A stretch of 54,687 nt of DNA from a virus (Duplodnaviria > Caudoviricetes): positions 1-54,687 of IMG/VR virus record IMGVR_UViG_3300033067_001389; one strand, written 5' to 3'. The position numbers were made by a program, and so were the translations under genes. The notes under the pieces were generated by a model. That model was not told the origin of the DNA, searched no databases, and worked only from the letters and a program-made list of their open reading frames with translations. Shown here one piece after another: positions 17,469 through 28,062 of the stretch (the first letter of the stretch is position 1; each line of letters opens with the position of its first letter).

Positions 17469-20400
17469 ATGGAAGAGAATCGCCTTGTCGTTTCGTTCGG
17501 GGCTGACGGCGCGGAGTTACAAACCGCGCTGGACAGTCTCGCGGGTGCCACGAAACAACAGATGGAGGAAATGCAGCGGGAGGCGACAAACGCCACCAAA
17601 GCATTGACCCACGAATTTACGCGCCAAGCGCAAACGTTCGGCATGACGTCCCGCGAAGCCGCGATTATGCGCTTGGCGCTGGATGGTGTCGCCGAATCGG
17701 AACTAGCGGCGGCCCGCGCGGCATCGCAACAATTGGACGCGCTGGAGCAGCAGCAGCAGCAAGCCGCGGAGACGGCGGCCGCGCTTAAACAGGCGGAGCA
17801 GCAGCAAGCCGCGGAGACGGCGGCGGCCCGCAAGTATGCGGAGCAGATGACGCGCGAATTGAAGACCCAAGCGGCCACGCTGGGGATGTCCGCGGACGCT
17901 GCGGATTTGTACCGCGCGGAACTGGTGGGACTGACGGAGGCGGAGCGCCAACAAATCGCAGCGCTCCAAAAAGAGATCACCGCAGCGCGCCAAAATAACG
18001 AAATGATGGAGCGCGGGAAGGCGGTTGCGAAAGAGTTCGCCACGTCGGAAGAGAAGTTGGCGGAGCGCGTAAAAGAGTTGAGCCGCCTATTGGACCGGGG
18101 GGCTATCGACGCAGCAACCTACGGGCGCGCGATGGCGTCCGCCCAAGCGATGGCGGGCAACGGGTGGGACCGGATTGCCGACCAACTCGACGCGCCCGCG
18201 AAGGGTTTCGCCCGGATGGGACAGGCGGCGCTCGGGGTGGGCACGCAATTATCATTTGGGGTCACCCTCCCCTTGACGGTGATGGGTGCCACGGCGGTCA
18301 ATGAATTTGCGAAATTTGATAACGCGATGACGCAAGCGGTCGCGAAGATGTCCAACATGACTCCGCAACTTCGCGCGGAGTTGGAAGGCGTCGCGACCGC
18401 ACAATCGCAGATTTCCCGGTTCTCGCCCGACCAACTCGCGCAGGGACTGGAAGGGCTCGCCGCATCCGGCATGAACGCCCAACAGTCGATGGCGTCCCTG
18501 TCCGTCGTGGACGCGTTCGCCACGGCGGGGGCGTTCGATTTGGGCAAGGCGACCCAGTTGCTTTTGGACAGCCAAGCCGCGCTGGGGATGGTTGAAAAAG
18601 ACGCGGTGAAGAACAAGCAAGCGCTGTTGCAGGTGTCGGACGCGCTTATCAAAGCCGCCGACCAGTCGACGGCGGACGCGCAGCAATTCGCGGAGGCGCT
18701 GGCGAACGGCGGCGCGGACGCGAAGTTGTTCAACATGTCTTTGACTGAAACAATGGCGGTTTTAGACGCCTACGCGACGAAGGGGAACAAGGGCGCAGCC
18801 GCGGGGAGCGACTTGGCGCGGGCGACCCGCCTGATTTCCAAAGCGAATCGCGATAATGCGGAATCGTTCCAGAAGTACGGCATCGACGTTGTTGATGAAG
18901 TGACCGGAAAATATCGGTCGTTGATTGATATTGTCGCGGACATGGAAGTTGCCTTCAAAGACATGCAGGGACCCCAAGTCGGGGCGGCGTTGGAGGAGTT
19001 GGGTTTTGAAGCGCTCGCGCAAAGCGCGATTTTGCCGTTGATTGGAATGTCCGATGCGATGCGGCAATGGAAAAAAGAACAGGAGGACGCGACCAACTAT
19101 ACGGCGAACATCGCCGAACAACAGATGATGAGTTTTTCCAACCAGATGTTAGCGTTTGCCAATAACGCAAAAGTCGCCGCAATTGAAATCGGGGCGACGC
19201 TGGCCCCCGCTATCAAGGCGGTCAACGTCGCCATGAAGTACGGCATCGACACGTGGCGGGAGTTGCCGGGGTGGATGAAGGCTGGCGCGATTGGGGCGGG
19301 TGCCGTGGCGGCGGCGGTTGGGCCGATGCTGGTGGCGTTTGGAACGACGGTCATTGTTGGTAATCAAGCTATCGCGATGCTCGGGGCGTTTGGCGTCACG
19401 GTGTCCGCGGCAGCCATCAAGACCGCGGCGTTGTCGGCGGCGCAACTCGGGTTGAACGCGTCGTTATTGGCGGCGGGTCCATTGGTGGGCGTTGTTGCCG
19501 GGTACTATCTCGCGCAACTTCACCCCGCGATGGTGGCGTATAACGCGGCGGCGGCCGAATCCATTCGGTTGGAAGATGAGTTGGGTAAGGCGCAAGCCGC
19601 CCGCGCATCGAAGGGCGTCAAAACGGCGTTGGCGGAGGAGGACCCGGCCGCGCGGCGGAAGGCATTGCAGGATGGCCTAGCGGCGGCACAAAAGAACGTT
19701 TCCGGATATGTCGCCCACGTCGCGTCCGCGAAAAAAGCGCATGAGGCGTTTGCGAATACGTGGCGCGGGTGGGCCGGATGGAAAATGGTGGAGGTCGCCG
19801 CGCAAGAAGTTGACGAAATGACCAAGGGGTTGGAGCGCTCCCGCGCAGAGGCGGCGGCGTACCAAGCCGAACTGGACAAGATGGGTGAGGAGACCGCGAA
19901 GAGCGCGGGGGAGGCGGGGGAGGCCGCCAAAAAGGAATCGGACGAAGTCAAATCACTGATTGAACAACTTCGTTTAGAGGCCGCAACGTTTGGGATGTCG
20001 ACAGCGCAGGAGCGCCGGTATCGACTCGAAAAAGAGGGAGCGACGGCGGCGACGCTGGCGGAGGCCGACGCGTTGGCGGCCTCCATCGACGCGAAGGAAA
20101 AGGCGAAGGCGGCGGAAGACAACAACAAAAAATACGACGATCAGGTCAAGGCGATGCAGGCGGAGGCCGCAACGTTTGGACTGTCGTCGCGCGCCGCGGC
20201 GATTTACCGGATGGAAAAAGAGGGGGCGACGGCGGCGACGCTGGAGGCCGCCCGCGCAGCCGATGCCCAACTGACGGCGCTGGAACGGGAAAAGACCGTC
20301 AAAGAGAAACTGGCGTCGTTTCAAGACAACGTAATCGCGATGCAGGCGGAAGCCGCGGCGTATGGGCAAGGTTCCCGCGCCGTGGAAATCTACAAACTCT

Positions 20401-21281
20401 CTCTGATGGGGGCGTCGGAGGAGCAATTGAACGCCGCCCGCGCAGCCGATGCCCAATTGACGGCATTGGAAAAAGAGAAGAAGTTGAAAGACCGCGCTGC
20501 GGAAATCACCAAGAAACACCGCCCGGCCGCCCAGCAGCAACGGGAAGATCAGGACGAGTATAAACGGATGCTGGACGCTGGTTTGATTTCTCTGGACGTC
20601 TACACGGAAGCGATGCGAGACCTCCAAAAAGAAACCAAACAGGACTTTACGGTATCCCTTGGGGTGAAGGGCGTCGAATCGGTAGAGGCCGGTTCCGCAG
20701 ACGCTCTCGCGCGCCTGAACGAATACGCCGCGGTCGCGTCCGCCGTGTCGGCCAGTCCGATGCAGTTGCCGATCCCGCGACAATCCAAAAACGAAATCGC
20801 ATCCCAAAACAAAAAACAAACAGCGAAAGAAAAACAACAGGCGGGGATGGATTCTCTCTCCACGGCGTTGGACACGTTGGGGGTCACATCTGCCGTGACG
20901 TCGATGCTTGGGGGACTCGGTGAGTCTCTGGGGATCGGCGGTGGTGGGGCGACGCCGTCCAGTTTTTACGGTTCGTTGGATGCGATGACAGGGGACCCGT
21001 CGCAATTGGCAATGTATGACACATCAAAATATGGCGGGCTTGGAATGGGAGGTGGTTTCCCGTCCGTCGCAACCGTGGGTCCCGATTTGCTGGCGAGCCT
21101 GTTAAGTTCGACTCCGTTGGGACCCGTCGGCCCCGTGATGGGGGATGTCTCGACATCGGGGGGTTCAATTGGTAATTCGGACGGTGGCAGCGCGGAATAT
21201 CTGCGCATCATCGCCAGAAACACCACCCCGCCCACCGACGGCGTCCGCCTGATTGCCGCCACGTTGAAAGGTTCACCATGA
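17469..21281 (+). CDS. tail tape measure protein (TP901 family)
   Basis: About 1270 aa, Ala-rich helical; FS..QLAQGLEGLAASG and KGAAAGSDL core; internal AEAATFG repeats. Confidence 0.9.
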   Translation: MEENRLVVSFGADGAELQTALDSLAGATKQQMEEMQREATNATKALTHEFTRQAQTFGMTSREAAIMRLALDGVAESELAAARAASQQLDALEQQQQQAAETAAALKQAEQQQAAETAAARKYAEQMTRELKTQAATLGMSADAADLYRAELVGLTEAERQQIAALQKEITAARQNNEMMERGKAVAKEFATSEEKLAERVKELSRLLDRGAIDAATYGRAMASAQAMAGNGWDRIADQLDAPAKGFARMGQAALGVGTQLSFGVTLPLTVMGATAVNEFAKFDNAMTQAVAKMSNMTPQLRAELEGVATAQSQISRFSPDQLAQGLEGLAASGMNAQQSMASLSVVDAFATAGAFDLGKATQLLLDSQAALGMVEKDAVKNKQALLQVSDALIKAADQSTADAQQFAEALANGGADAKLFNMSLTETMAVLDAYATKGNKGAAAGSDLARATRLISKANRDNAESFQKYGIDVVDEVTGKYRSLIDIVADMEVAFKDMQGPQVGAALEELGFEALAQSAILPLIGMSDAMRQWKKEQEDATNYTANIAEQQMMSFSNQMLAFANNAKVAAIEIGATLAPAIKAVNVAMKYGIDTWRELPGWMKAGAIGAGAVAAAVGPMLVAFGTTVIVGNQAIAMLGAFGVTVSAAAIKTAALSAAQLGLNASLLAAGPLVGVVAGYYLAQLHPAMVAYNAAAAESIRLEDELGKAQAARASKGVKTALAEEDPAARRKALQDGLAAAQKNVSGYVAHVASAKKAHEAFANTWRGWAGWKMVEVAAQEVDEMTKGLERSRAEAAAYQAELDKMGEETAKSAGEAGEAAKKESDEVKSLIEQLRLEAATFGMSTAQERRYRLEKEGATAATLAEADALAASIDAKEKAKAAEDNNKKYDDQVKAMQAEAATFGLSSRAAAIYRMEKEGATAATLEAARAADAQLTALEREKTVKEKLASFQDNVIAMQAEAAAYGQGSRAVEIYKLSLMGASEEQLNAARAADAQLTALEKEKKLKDRAAEITKKHRPAAQQQREDQDEYKRMLDAGLISLDVYTEAMRDLQKETKQDFTVSLGVKGVESVEAGSADALARLNEYAAVASAVSASPMQLPIPRQSKNEIASQNKKQTAKEKQQAGMDSLSTALDTLGVTSAVTSMLGGLGESLGIGGGGATPSSFYGSLDAMTGDPSQLAMYDTSKYGGLGMGGGFPSVATVGPDLLASLLSSTPLGPVGPVMGDVSTSGGSIGNSDGGSAEYLRIIARNTTPPTDGVRLIAATLKGSP

Positions 21282-22165
21282 CCGCGACTGTGTTGGGGTT
21301 GATGGACCGGACTGGTGGCATCGACGAACAGGGGCACCGCACGTACGACGTCAAGTGGTTGGTAGAGACCGATGACACCGACGACGGTCCGTCTGTCGCG
21401 TTTACCGCTACCGGTTTGCCCGCAGTCGGCAGCTATTACTCATTGGGAAACGATGAGGACCTGTGGGCGTTTTGCTGGCCGAATTGGAAATGCGAACCGC
21501 TGGTGGAGCGCGAGCGCCATCTTTATTGGGCGGTCCACCAGACGTTTACGACGAAACCCCTTTCCCGGTGTCAAGATTCCTCTATTGGGAATCCCCTGTT
21601 GGAGCCCCCGAAGTTGTCGGGGTCGTTTGTCACGTACTCGAAAGAGGCGACACGGGACCGCGCAGGGAATTACATCCGAAATAGTGCGTACGAACAAATC
21701 CGCGGCGCTATCGTCGAACGTGATTTCGCGAATCACACCGTTGACGTGGTGTTAAACAAAACGACTCTCGACCTCAATTCGTATTGCGGCGCTATTCACA
21801 CCGTGAACGATGCGACTTTGTGGGGACTCCCAAAACGGCGCGTGAAACTGTCTGGTCTTTCGTGGGAACGGAATTTGTATGGTACATGCACGTTTTACTA
21901 TGCGGTCAAATTCACGTTCGACATTAAATTCGAAGGGTTCGACCGTGTTGCGCTGGATGAGGGGACCCGCGTGCTCGCCCGCGGGGGGACTCCCGGAAAC
22001 CCGCAACATTACATCGCCTATCGGGATTTGAACGGGGAGCCCGCGCGTGTGATTCTGGACGGAACGGGGCGCGCTTGGAACGGTTCCACGTATCCGGGAT
22101 TCCGCACGATTGAGTTTTACAATGAGTCGAATTTCTTGTTGCTCGGGATTCCAAGTTCCCTTTGA
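21278..22165 (+). CDS. tail tip/distal tail-like protein
   Basis: ATGA overlap with the tape measure gene; aromatic beta-rich composition. Confidence 0.55.
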   Translation: MTATVLGLMDRTGGIDEQGHRTYDVKWLVETDDTDDGPSVAFTATGLPAVGSYYSLGNDEDLWAFCWPNWKCEPLVERERHLYWAVHQTFTTKPLSRCQDSSIGNPLLEPPKLSGSFVTYSKEATRDRAGNYIRNSAYEQIRGAIVERDFANHTVDVVLNKTTLDLNSYCGAIHTVNDATLWGLPKRRVKLSGLSWERNLYGTCTFYYAVKFTFDIKFEGFDRVALDEGTRVLARGGTPGNPQHYIAYRDLNGEPARVILDGTGRAWNGSTYPGFRTIEFYNESNFLLLGIPSSL

Positions 22166-22178
22166 TACGGTTGATGAT

Positions 22179-22628
22179 ATGTCGGATATCAGCGAGTTGG
22201 TGCCGCACCAAAAAATCGTTCCGGGGGAACAACAGCAACTTTCCCGGACAACGGTCGTTCTCACCGTCAATCATGCGCCCGCGGGCGAACAACCAAAAGA
22301 GATGGCGGTCCGTCGCGACATGGTTTCCACGGGGAGCCACGAAGCAATTACGCGGCAGGTGATTTGTTCTGAGGGTATTCCAGTCCCGTTGCCGTTGTTT
22401 TGGATTGAGTCGCCGGGACTGGTGGTCGTGGATTATCCCACGGTGGGGACCGTCAATCGCGACGTGCCGAATCCCCCAACGGTTGATATCATCGCGGGCG
22501 ATGGCGCTGTCCTCTTTTCGATTCCGCGTGGGATGTTCGCGATGTGGCCGCCAAAAGACGCGGCGTCGATGCGTCTGGTTGCGCGGAACGGGGATTGTGT
22601 TTGTCGCGTTGGTGTATTTCCGGAGTGA
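22179..22628 (+). CDS. hypothetical tail-module protein
   Basis: Fills the gap between tail genes; ORF open from 22110. Confidence 0.55.
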   Translation: MSDISELVPHQKIVPGEQQQLSRTTVVLTVNHAPAGEQPKEMAVRRDMVSTGSHEAITRQVICSEGIPVPLPLFWIESPGLVVVDYPTVGTVNRDVPNPPTVDIIAGDGAVLFSIPRGMFAMWPPKDAASMRLVARNGDCVCRVGVFPE

Positions 22629-22634
22629 TGGCGT

Positions 22635-24746
22635 TTGGACCTGTATTTCCTATCCGCCGATGACCGCGCCGCCCTGAAACGGGCGTTGGAGGTGGTGCAA
22701 CGCACTTCGCCCCCGTCGGGAATTCAGTCGGACGAAGTCCAGCCCCATGATGCCAATGAACACTATTTGGCGATGGTGCCGTGTTCGTCGTCTCATCGCC
22801 TGTTGGGGATGCGGGAAGGGCGTCCCGGTTCGGCCGAGTGCTGTCTGTTCAAACTGGAAGCGGAAAATCAGGTCACCGGATATTCCAATCAAAACGTTTT
22901 CCCCGTTAAATCCCCCGACGGGGAAAACGTCCGGGTGATGGTGTTCAACATTTACGATGATGAACAACCAACAAACACGTATTTCCGCATCCACCAAAGT
23001 AAGACCGGTCCGTGGTTGTGCGAAAAACCGTGGGTGACGAAGTTTCCCATCACCGGGACAACGGCCACGACTTCCAACCCGTCGAACGAAACATCGTCGA
23101 CAACCTCAACCACATACGACCCGAACACGGGTTCGTGTTTTGGGCGCTGCCGGTGGGTGTGGTCTTCCGCGGCGAGATCGTGGTCCCTTGCGGATGATTT
23201 CTGTTCGTCGACTCCGCCATCAACCACCAGCACAAGCGAAACATCGTCGACGTCCCCGGACCCCGCAACCACGACCACGCCGTGCGCCTGTCCGCCTCCG
23301 AAGGCGACTACCACAACCACCCCAAATCCGGCAACGTCTTCAACCACGACGTCAACCACGGGCGACCCGTCTTCAACCAGCAGCAGCACAACCAGCAGCA
23401 CAACCACAACAACCGGGGACCCCACGTCGACGACCACGACACGGGACCCAAGTTGTGTTTGCTCCCATCCCACGCATTGCGGCGGGACTGACGGGGAGTG
23501 TGTGTGGACGGTTTGCAGTCCGGGCATGACCACGCCCCCATCGTGTGAATTGGGTTGCGAATGCACGTCGACATCATCGACGTCGACCACAACTCCCGAA
23601 CCGTGCAATAATCATTGTACGTTTATCGGGACAGGGTTTTCGTGGGTGAAAATCAGCGACCCATGCCCATCGGATTGCCCTTGTGCGATGCCCGATTATC
23701 CTCCAGTGCAACCATGTGAAAAACCGACCACACCATGTAAAAAACGCCCCACTCTCCCGCCCCCGCCCCCGTGTTTTTGTACGGGAGAATGCACCTATAT
23801 TTGGATTGCTCCCGATCTGGAACACCCTGATCGTGGTTTTTGGGTATTGAAAGACTCCAATTGTAGGCAATTATGTGGGTCGGGTGTTCTCGATGCGTCT
23901 GAATCGTGCCTATGTCCGCCTATGTCGGTTGCGGGCAATACATGCGGCGCGGTCAGCGTGGTCGGGTGTGTCTCGCCGCTAAAAACAACCACGACGTTGA
24001 CACCGTGCGACATGGCGTGCCTTTCGTCGACAACCACACCGACCCCGTGTTCGTTCTGCAAATACAAATGGAATCCCACCACCGGTGTGTGGCAGATGGA
24101 AGCGAATTTGTGCGGCCCTAATTGTACTTGTGGGCTTCCGCAATTAGCCGACGCTACCGAAGATTGCGAGGTTCAGTGGGTCACATGCAACACGACCACG
24201 ACTTCCACCAGCACCACAACCACGACAGAGACCACGACCAGTAGCACCACATCCACTTCTAGCACCACCAGCACAACGCCTATCCCGTGTAACGGATGTG
24301 AATGGGCGTATGGTATTGGTGGTAATCCAATGTGGTCGCAACTTACAAACAACTGCGGCGAAGGGTGTGACCCCTGTTATCCCCCAACTTACACGCCCGC
24401 CGGTCCTTGCAATTTAATTATCGGATGTTCGGGACATAGCGATTGCGGGGCACCGTCGACCACGACCACCACGACCACGACTACCACCACAACGTCGACC
24501 ACGACCACCACAACGTCGACCACGACCACCACAACGTCGACGACCAGCACAACACCACTCGCTTGTGGGACTTGTAATTGGGTTTGTTTCTGTATGGAAG
24601 GATTTGGGTGCGCGTGGATTGAGGATGGTAGTTTCTGCACGGGTGATTGCAGTTGTCGATATCCCGCGCCCGGCTATTCGTGCGGTAGCGTTGGCTTCCC
24701 CGCTGGTAGTACACTGTCCACAAATTGCAAACCGCCCGGTGAGTAG
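22635..24746 (+). CDS. Cys-rich, Thr/Ser-tract (mucin-like) putative tail fibre or receptor-binding protein
   Basis: About six C..C.W...W....C...C.C..P modules separated by poly-Thr/Ser linkers; last gene of the tail module; TTG start uncertain. Confidence 0.65.
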   Translation: MDLYFLSADDRAALKRALEVVQRTSPPSGIQSDEVQPHDANEHYLAMVPCSSSHRLLGMREGRPGSAECCLFKLEAENQVTGYSNQNVFPVKSPDGENVRVMVFNIYDDEQPTNTYFRIHQSKTGPWLCEKPWVTKFPITGTTATTSNPSNETSSTTSTTYDPNTGSCFGRCRWVWSSAARSWSLADDFCSSTPPSTTSTSETSSTSPDPATTTTPCACPPPKATTTTTPNPATSSTTTSTTGDPSSTSSSTTSSTTTTTGDPTSTTTTRDPSCVCSHPTHCGGTDGECVWTVCSPGMTTPPSCELGCECTSTSSTSTTTPEPCNNHCTFIGTGFSWVKISDPCPSDCPCAMPDYPPVQPCEKPTTPCKKRPTLPPPPPCFCTGECTYIWIAPDLEHPDRGFWVLKDSNCRQLCGSGVLDASESCLCPPMSVAGNTCGAVSVVGCVSPLKTTTTLTPCDMACLSSTTTPTPCSFCKYKWNPTTGVWQMEANLCGPNCTCGLPQLADATEDCEVQWVTCNTTTTSTSTTTTTETTTSSTTSTSSTTSTTPIPCNGCEWAYGIGGNPMWSQLTNNCGEGCDPCYPPTYTPAGPCNLIIGCSGHSDCGAPSTTTTTTTTTTTTSTTTTTTSTTTTTTSTTSTTPLACGTCNWVCFCMEGFGCAWIEDGSFCTGDCSCRYPAPGYSCGSVGFPAGSTLSTNCKPPGE
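24483..24541 (+). repeat. 21-bp tandem repeat encoding TTTTSTT units
   Basis: ACCACCACAACGTCGACCACG x2 plus a near-complete third copy. Confidence 0.8.
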
Positions 24747-24756
24747 TTTTTGATTT

Positions 24757-25479
24757 TTGGGGGGTCATGTCGTGTCTTTGTTTCCTTTTCCTTTTCCGTT
24801 TTACATCAACGTCTTTAATCGCCTGTCACCGGTGAAGCAGATCATCAAGGATTTGCAGAGGTTCGGCGCGCAGTTGGAAGGGGGAATCCGTATCACCATC
24901 GTCGATAATGCGTCGACGTATCCGCCTCTGTTGGCGTGGTATGACACGAAACCGGAAGGCGTCCGCATCATCCGCCGCGCAACCAACGGCGGACCCCGCG
25001 GTTGGTGGGACGTGATGGACCACTTCACACCATTTTATGGTGTTTGTGACCCCGATATTGATTTGTCGGGCATCCCGTCGGATTTTTTGGAGCGCCTTGT
25101 CGCGGGACTGATTCAATTCCCCGATATCGAAAAGGTGGGACCGTCGATCCGAATTGACGATGTCCCGGAGGCGTTCCCGTTCCATTCGAATTTGATGCAG
25201 GACGAAGCGCAATATCGGAAGTATCGGCGGGGGTGGTGGTGGGTAGGGGATTTGGACACGATGTTTATCGTGTGTCGAACCGGCCGCCCCTTCGCCTATG
25301 GACCAGCGCTGCGGTCGCCTCCGCCTTACAGCGTGCGACACCTCACCAATTACATGATTCCCGGTCATCTGTCGGACGAAGACCAGTACTATATTCAGAA
25401 CTTACCACAAACACACAAGCCGGGTTTGTTCTGGAGTACCATGATGCAGGATAGTGGTTTTTATGATCGACCCGCATGA
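24757..25479 (+). CDS. glycosyltransferase, GT-A fold (GT2-like)
   Basis: INVFNR, IVDNASTYPPLL and DPD (DxD) motifs; the true start may be GTG 24772. Confidence 0.75.
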   Translation: MGGHVVSLFPFPFPFYINVFNRLSPVKQIIKDLQRFGAQLEGGIRITIVDNASTYPPLLAWYDTKPEGVRIIRRATNGGPRGWWDVMDHFTPFYGVCDPDIDLSGIPSDFLERLVAGLIQFPDIEKVGPSIRIDDVPEAFPFHSNLMQDEAQYRKYRRGWWWVGDLDTMFIVCRTGRPFAYGPALRSPPPYSVRHLTNYMIPGHLSDEDQYYIQNLPQTHKPGLFWSTMMQDSGFYDRPA

Positions 25480-26137
25480 TTCCGCCGCTGTTATCGTCGC
25501 CGCTCGTCACATCGAAGGATGGATGGAGCCCGACGAATTGCAATGGTTGTACCAAACAGCCGCGACCCTTCCCCACCCGGAGCCGGGGTGGGTTGAGGTG
25601 GGGTCGTGGCATGGGCGGTCCGCTTTTGTGGTGGGTTGCGGGTTGCCCGCAAATGCAATTTTTTACAGCGTGGATAACTTCGACGTCTCCACGACCGGGA
25701 TGAATCCCGATGAGGTTTGCCCGTGTCACGGATGGGTGCGGGACCGACTCATGGCGACGCTGAACGGGATGCGACGCATTCGGTTTGACGTCAATTTCAC
25801 GTTGATGGAAGGCGATTCCACTACGGTGGTTGATGTGCTGATGGCTGATCATCAGAAACAGCTATCAGCCGTGTTTATCGACGCCGCGCACGATGAAGAG
25901 TCGGTCCGTTCGGACTTGGCCGTGTGGTTGCCTTGCATTCGTCGCGATGGTGGTATCATTGCAGGTCACGACTATTCCGCGGAACACTGGCCGGGGGTTG
26001 TCCGGGCCGTTCGGGGCGTGTTCGGGGATTTGGGATTGTTGGAAGAATTCGACAGGCAAAACCCGATGACACCGCGAAAACTTCCGGGGTCGTTGTGGGT
26101 GTTTCGGTTTGGGGGTCAGAATGAAACCGTTGCTTAG
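25463..26137 (+). CDS. class I SAM-dependent methyltransferase (Methyltransf_24-like)
   Basis: VEVGSWHGRS, VFIDAAHDEESVRSD and GGIIAGHDY motifs. Confidence 0.85.
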   Translation: MIDPHDSAAVIVAARHIEGWMEPDELQWLYQTAATLPHPEPGWVEVGSWHGRSAFVVGCGLPANAIFYSVDNFDVSTTGMNPDEVCPCHGWVRDRLMATLNGMRRIRFDVNFTLMEGDSTTVVDVLMADHQKQLSAVFIDAAHDEESVRSDLAVWLPCIRRDGGIIAGHDYSAEHWPGVVRAVRGVFGDLGLLEEFDRQNPMTPRKLPGSLWVFRFGGQNETVA

Positions 26138-28061
26138 TGTCGTGATGGCGACGTACGACGATTTCGATGGTGTGTATTTCACCATCGGGGCTATCCGGGA
26201 ATTGTTTCCGGATTTGTTGCCCACAATGCAGTTTGTGGTCGTGGACAATAACCCCGGAACGCAACATTCAACGCTGGTCCGCGGGTACATGGCAAATGTC
26301 GCCGCATCTTGTTTGTCGGCGAAGTACGTCGAGATGCCGAGCCCGAAGGGGACCACGCCGTCCCGCGCTCGTGCGATGGCAGAGGCTGACGGTGTTTACG
26401 TGTTGGTGTGCGATTGTCACATCCTGTTGAAAAAAGATTCTCTGTACAAACTGGTCGAGTTTTTCCACGAACGCCCGCAGTTTGACGGGATTGTTCACGG
26501 TCCGTTGATGTACGACAACCGCGCCGGGTACGCCACGCATTTTGACGACCGGTGGCGGGAGGAGATGCGGGGGACGTGGGGGTCGGCGTGGTTGTGTCCG
26601 TGCGAAACGACAGGGGCGGTCCCCGTCAGCGTGAACGATGGTCCCGACGGACAATGTCGATACCGTCTTTTGAAAATCGGGGAACACTTCGTTGACCGCT
26701 GTCCGGGGTGCGGGCAGGAGTTCCCGAAAATAGGACATGGCGGGCATGAACGCGAGTTGATCAAACGCGGGTATATCCAGCCGCACTTGGTGCCCGACGC
26801 GGAGCCGTTCGACATCCCCGGACAGGGGTTGGGACTGTTCGCCTACGTCAACGGAACTTGCATGGGGTTCGTCGAGCACGCGTCGGGGTTTGGCGCGGAG
26901 GAACTGTGTTTCCATGACCAGTATCACAACGCGGGGCGTCCGGTGGTGTGCCTCCCGTCGCTGTGCTGGTCGCATCGTTTCGCTCGCGCGGGCGGGACCC
27001 CCTACAGTGTTCCGCTTTGGGACAAGATGCGGAATTATGTTTTGTGGTACAAACGGAACGGGATGGACCCCGAACCGATCCACCAGCACTTTGTCACCGA
27101 ACGAAAACGCATCACGGAGGCCGCTTGGCGTCAACTGGTGGCGGACCCCGTGGCCACGACGGTCCCACCGTGTGAGGGGTGCCAAACAACTTCCGTCGGT
27201 CCGTTTGCCACCGTTGCGGAACTTCTCCAACGCTATGCGTCCATCCCCCGCGACTTGAACGAACATTTGGCGGACCTTGCGTATCTGGCAACGTCTTCCG
27301 AAGTTGTGGTGGAAATCACGCACCGAAAAGAATCGTCCGTCGCTTTTATGGCGGGCGGATGCCGGAAGTTGGTCAGTTTTTCGTCAGAAGTCACGCCCGA
27401 CATTTCCACCGCGTCCAACCTGTTCATTCAGACGGAAGGGAACGAGTACACGCACACCACGTTCCGCCGCCCCTTCGCAAATGACATCCCGCCTTGCGAT
27501 CTGTTGTTCATCAACGGGACTTCGCAAGGCGACGAGTTGTTGAACTGGCTGGAACGCGCCGCCGACGTGGTTCGCGGGCGCATCGCCATTCACGACACGG
27601 TCGCGTTCGGTATCAACGGGACCGACGGAAAACCGGGATTGTCCCAAGCACTTCATACATTCCTCAACGCGCGCCGGGACTGGTTCGTGTGGGTCCACAC
27701 AGACCGACAGGCGGGGATGACGATTTTGTCGCGATTGGATTCCGACAAAATCCCGCTCCCTCCCATGACCGAACAGGCGAAGAACTTTTTCAACGCTGCT
27801 TTGACCACCATCACCGGTGTGCTCTCGGGGGCGGAGGTTGCCGCGGAGCACGCCTTGACGGTGAAGCGTCTGGAAGTGTGCTCCGTCTGTCCCAATCGGA
27901 ACGGGGAGCGATGCGCGGGGTGTGGTTGTTTCATCCGCGCCAAAGCGTCGGTGGCGAATCAGGCGTGTCCCCTTGGGCTGTGGCCGGGACAGGACCGCGA
28001 GTCGCCCAATGGGATGGTCGTCCGGGAGATGCCGCGAAACCTCATCCCGTGGAGGGCGTGA
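26121..28061 (+). CDS. multidomain GT2 glycosyltransferase with methyltransferase-like domain and Cys-rich C-terminal domain
   Basis: LSVVMATYDD...VVDNNP...DCH; CDLLFIN...IAIHDT; RLEVCSVC...CAGCGCF...CPLGLW. Confidence 0.75.
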   Translation: MKPLLSVVMATYDDFDGVYFTIGAIRELFPDLLPTMQFVVVDNNPGTQHSTLVRGYMANVAASCLSAKYVEMPSPKGTTPSRARAMAEADGVYVLVCDCHILLKKDSLYKLVEFFHERPQFDGIVHGPLMYDNRAGYATHFDDRWREEMRGTWGSAWLCPCETTGAVPVSVNDGPDGQCRYRLLKIGEHFVDRCPGCGQEFPKIGHGGHERELIKRGYIQPHLVPDAEPFDIPGQGLGLFAYVNGTCMGFVEHASGFGAEELCFHDQYHNAGRPVVCLPSLCWSHRFARAGGTPYSVPLWDKMRNYVLWYKRNGMDPEPIHQHFVTERKRITEAAWRQLVADPVATTVPPCEGCQTTSVGPFATVAELLQRYASIPRDLNEHLADLAYLATSSEVVVEITHRKESSVAFMAGGCRKLVSFSSEVTPDISTASNLFIQTEGNEYTHTTFRRPFANDIPPCDLLFINGTSQGDELLNWLERAADVVRGRIAIHDTVAFGINGTDGKPGLSQALHTFLNARRDWFVWVHTDRQAGMTILSRLDSDKIPLPPMTEQAKNFFNAALTTITGVLSGAEVAAEHALTVKRLEVCSVCPNRNGERCAGCGCFIRAKASVANQACPLGLWPGQDRESPNGMVVREMPRNLIPWRA

Positions 28062-28062
28062 C

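Noticed and set aside
22635-24746. Diversity-generating retroelement target
   Set aside because: No reverse transcriptase in the window and no template/variable repeat pair differing at adenines was seen.
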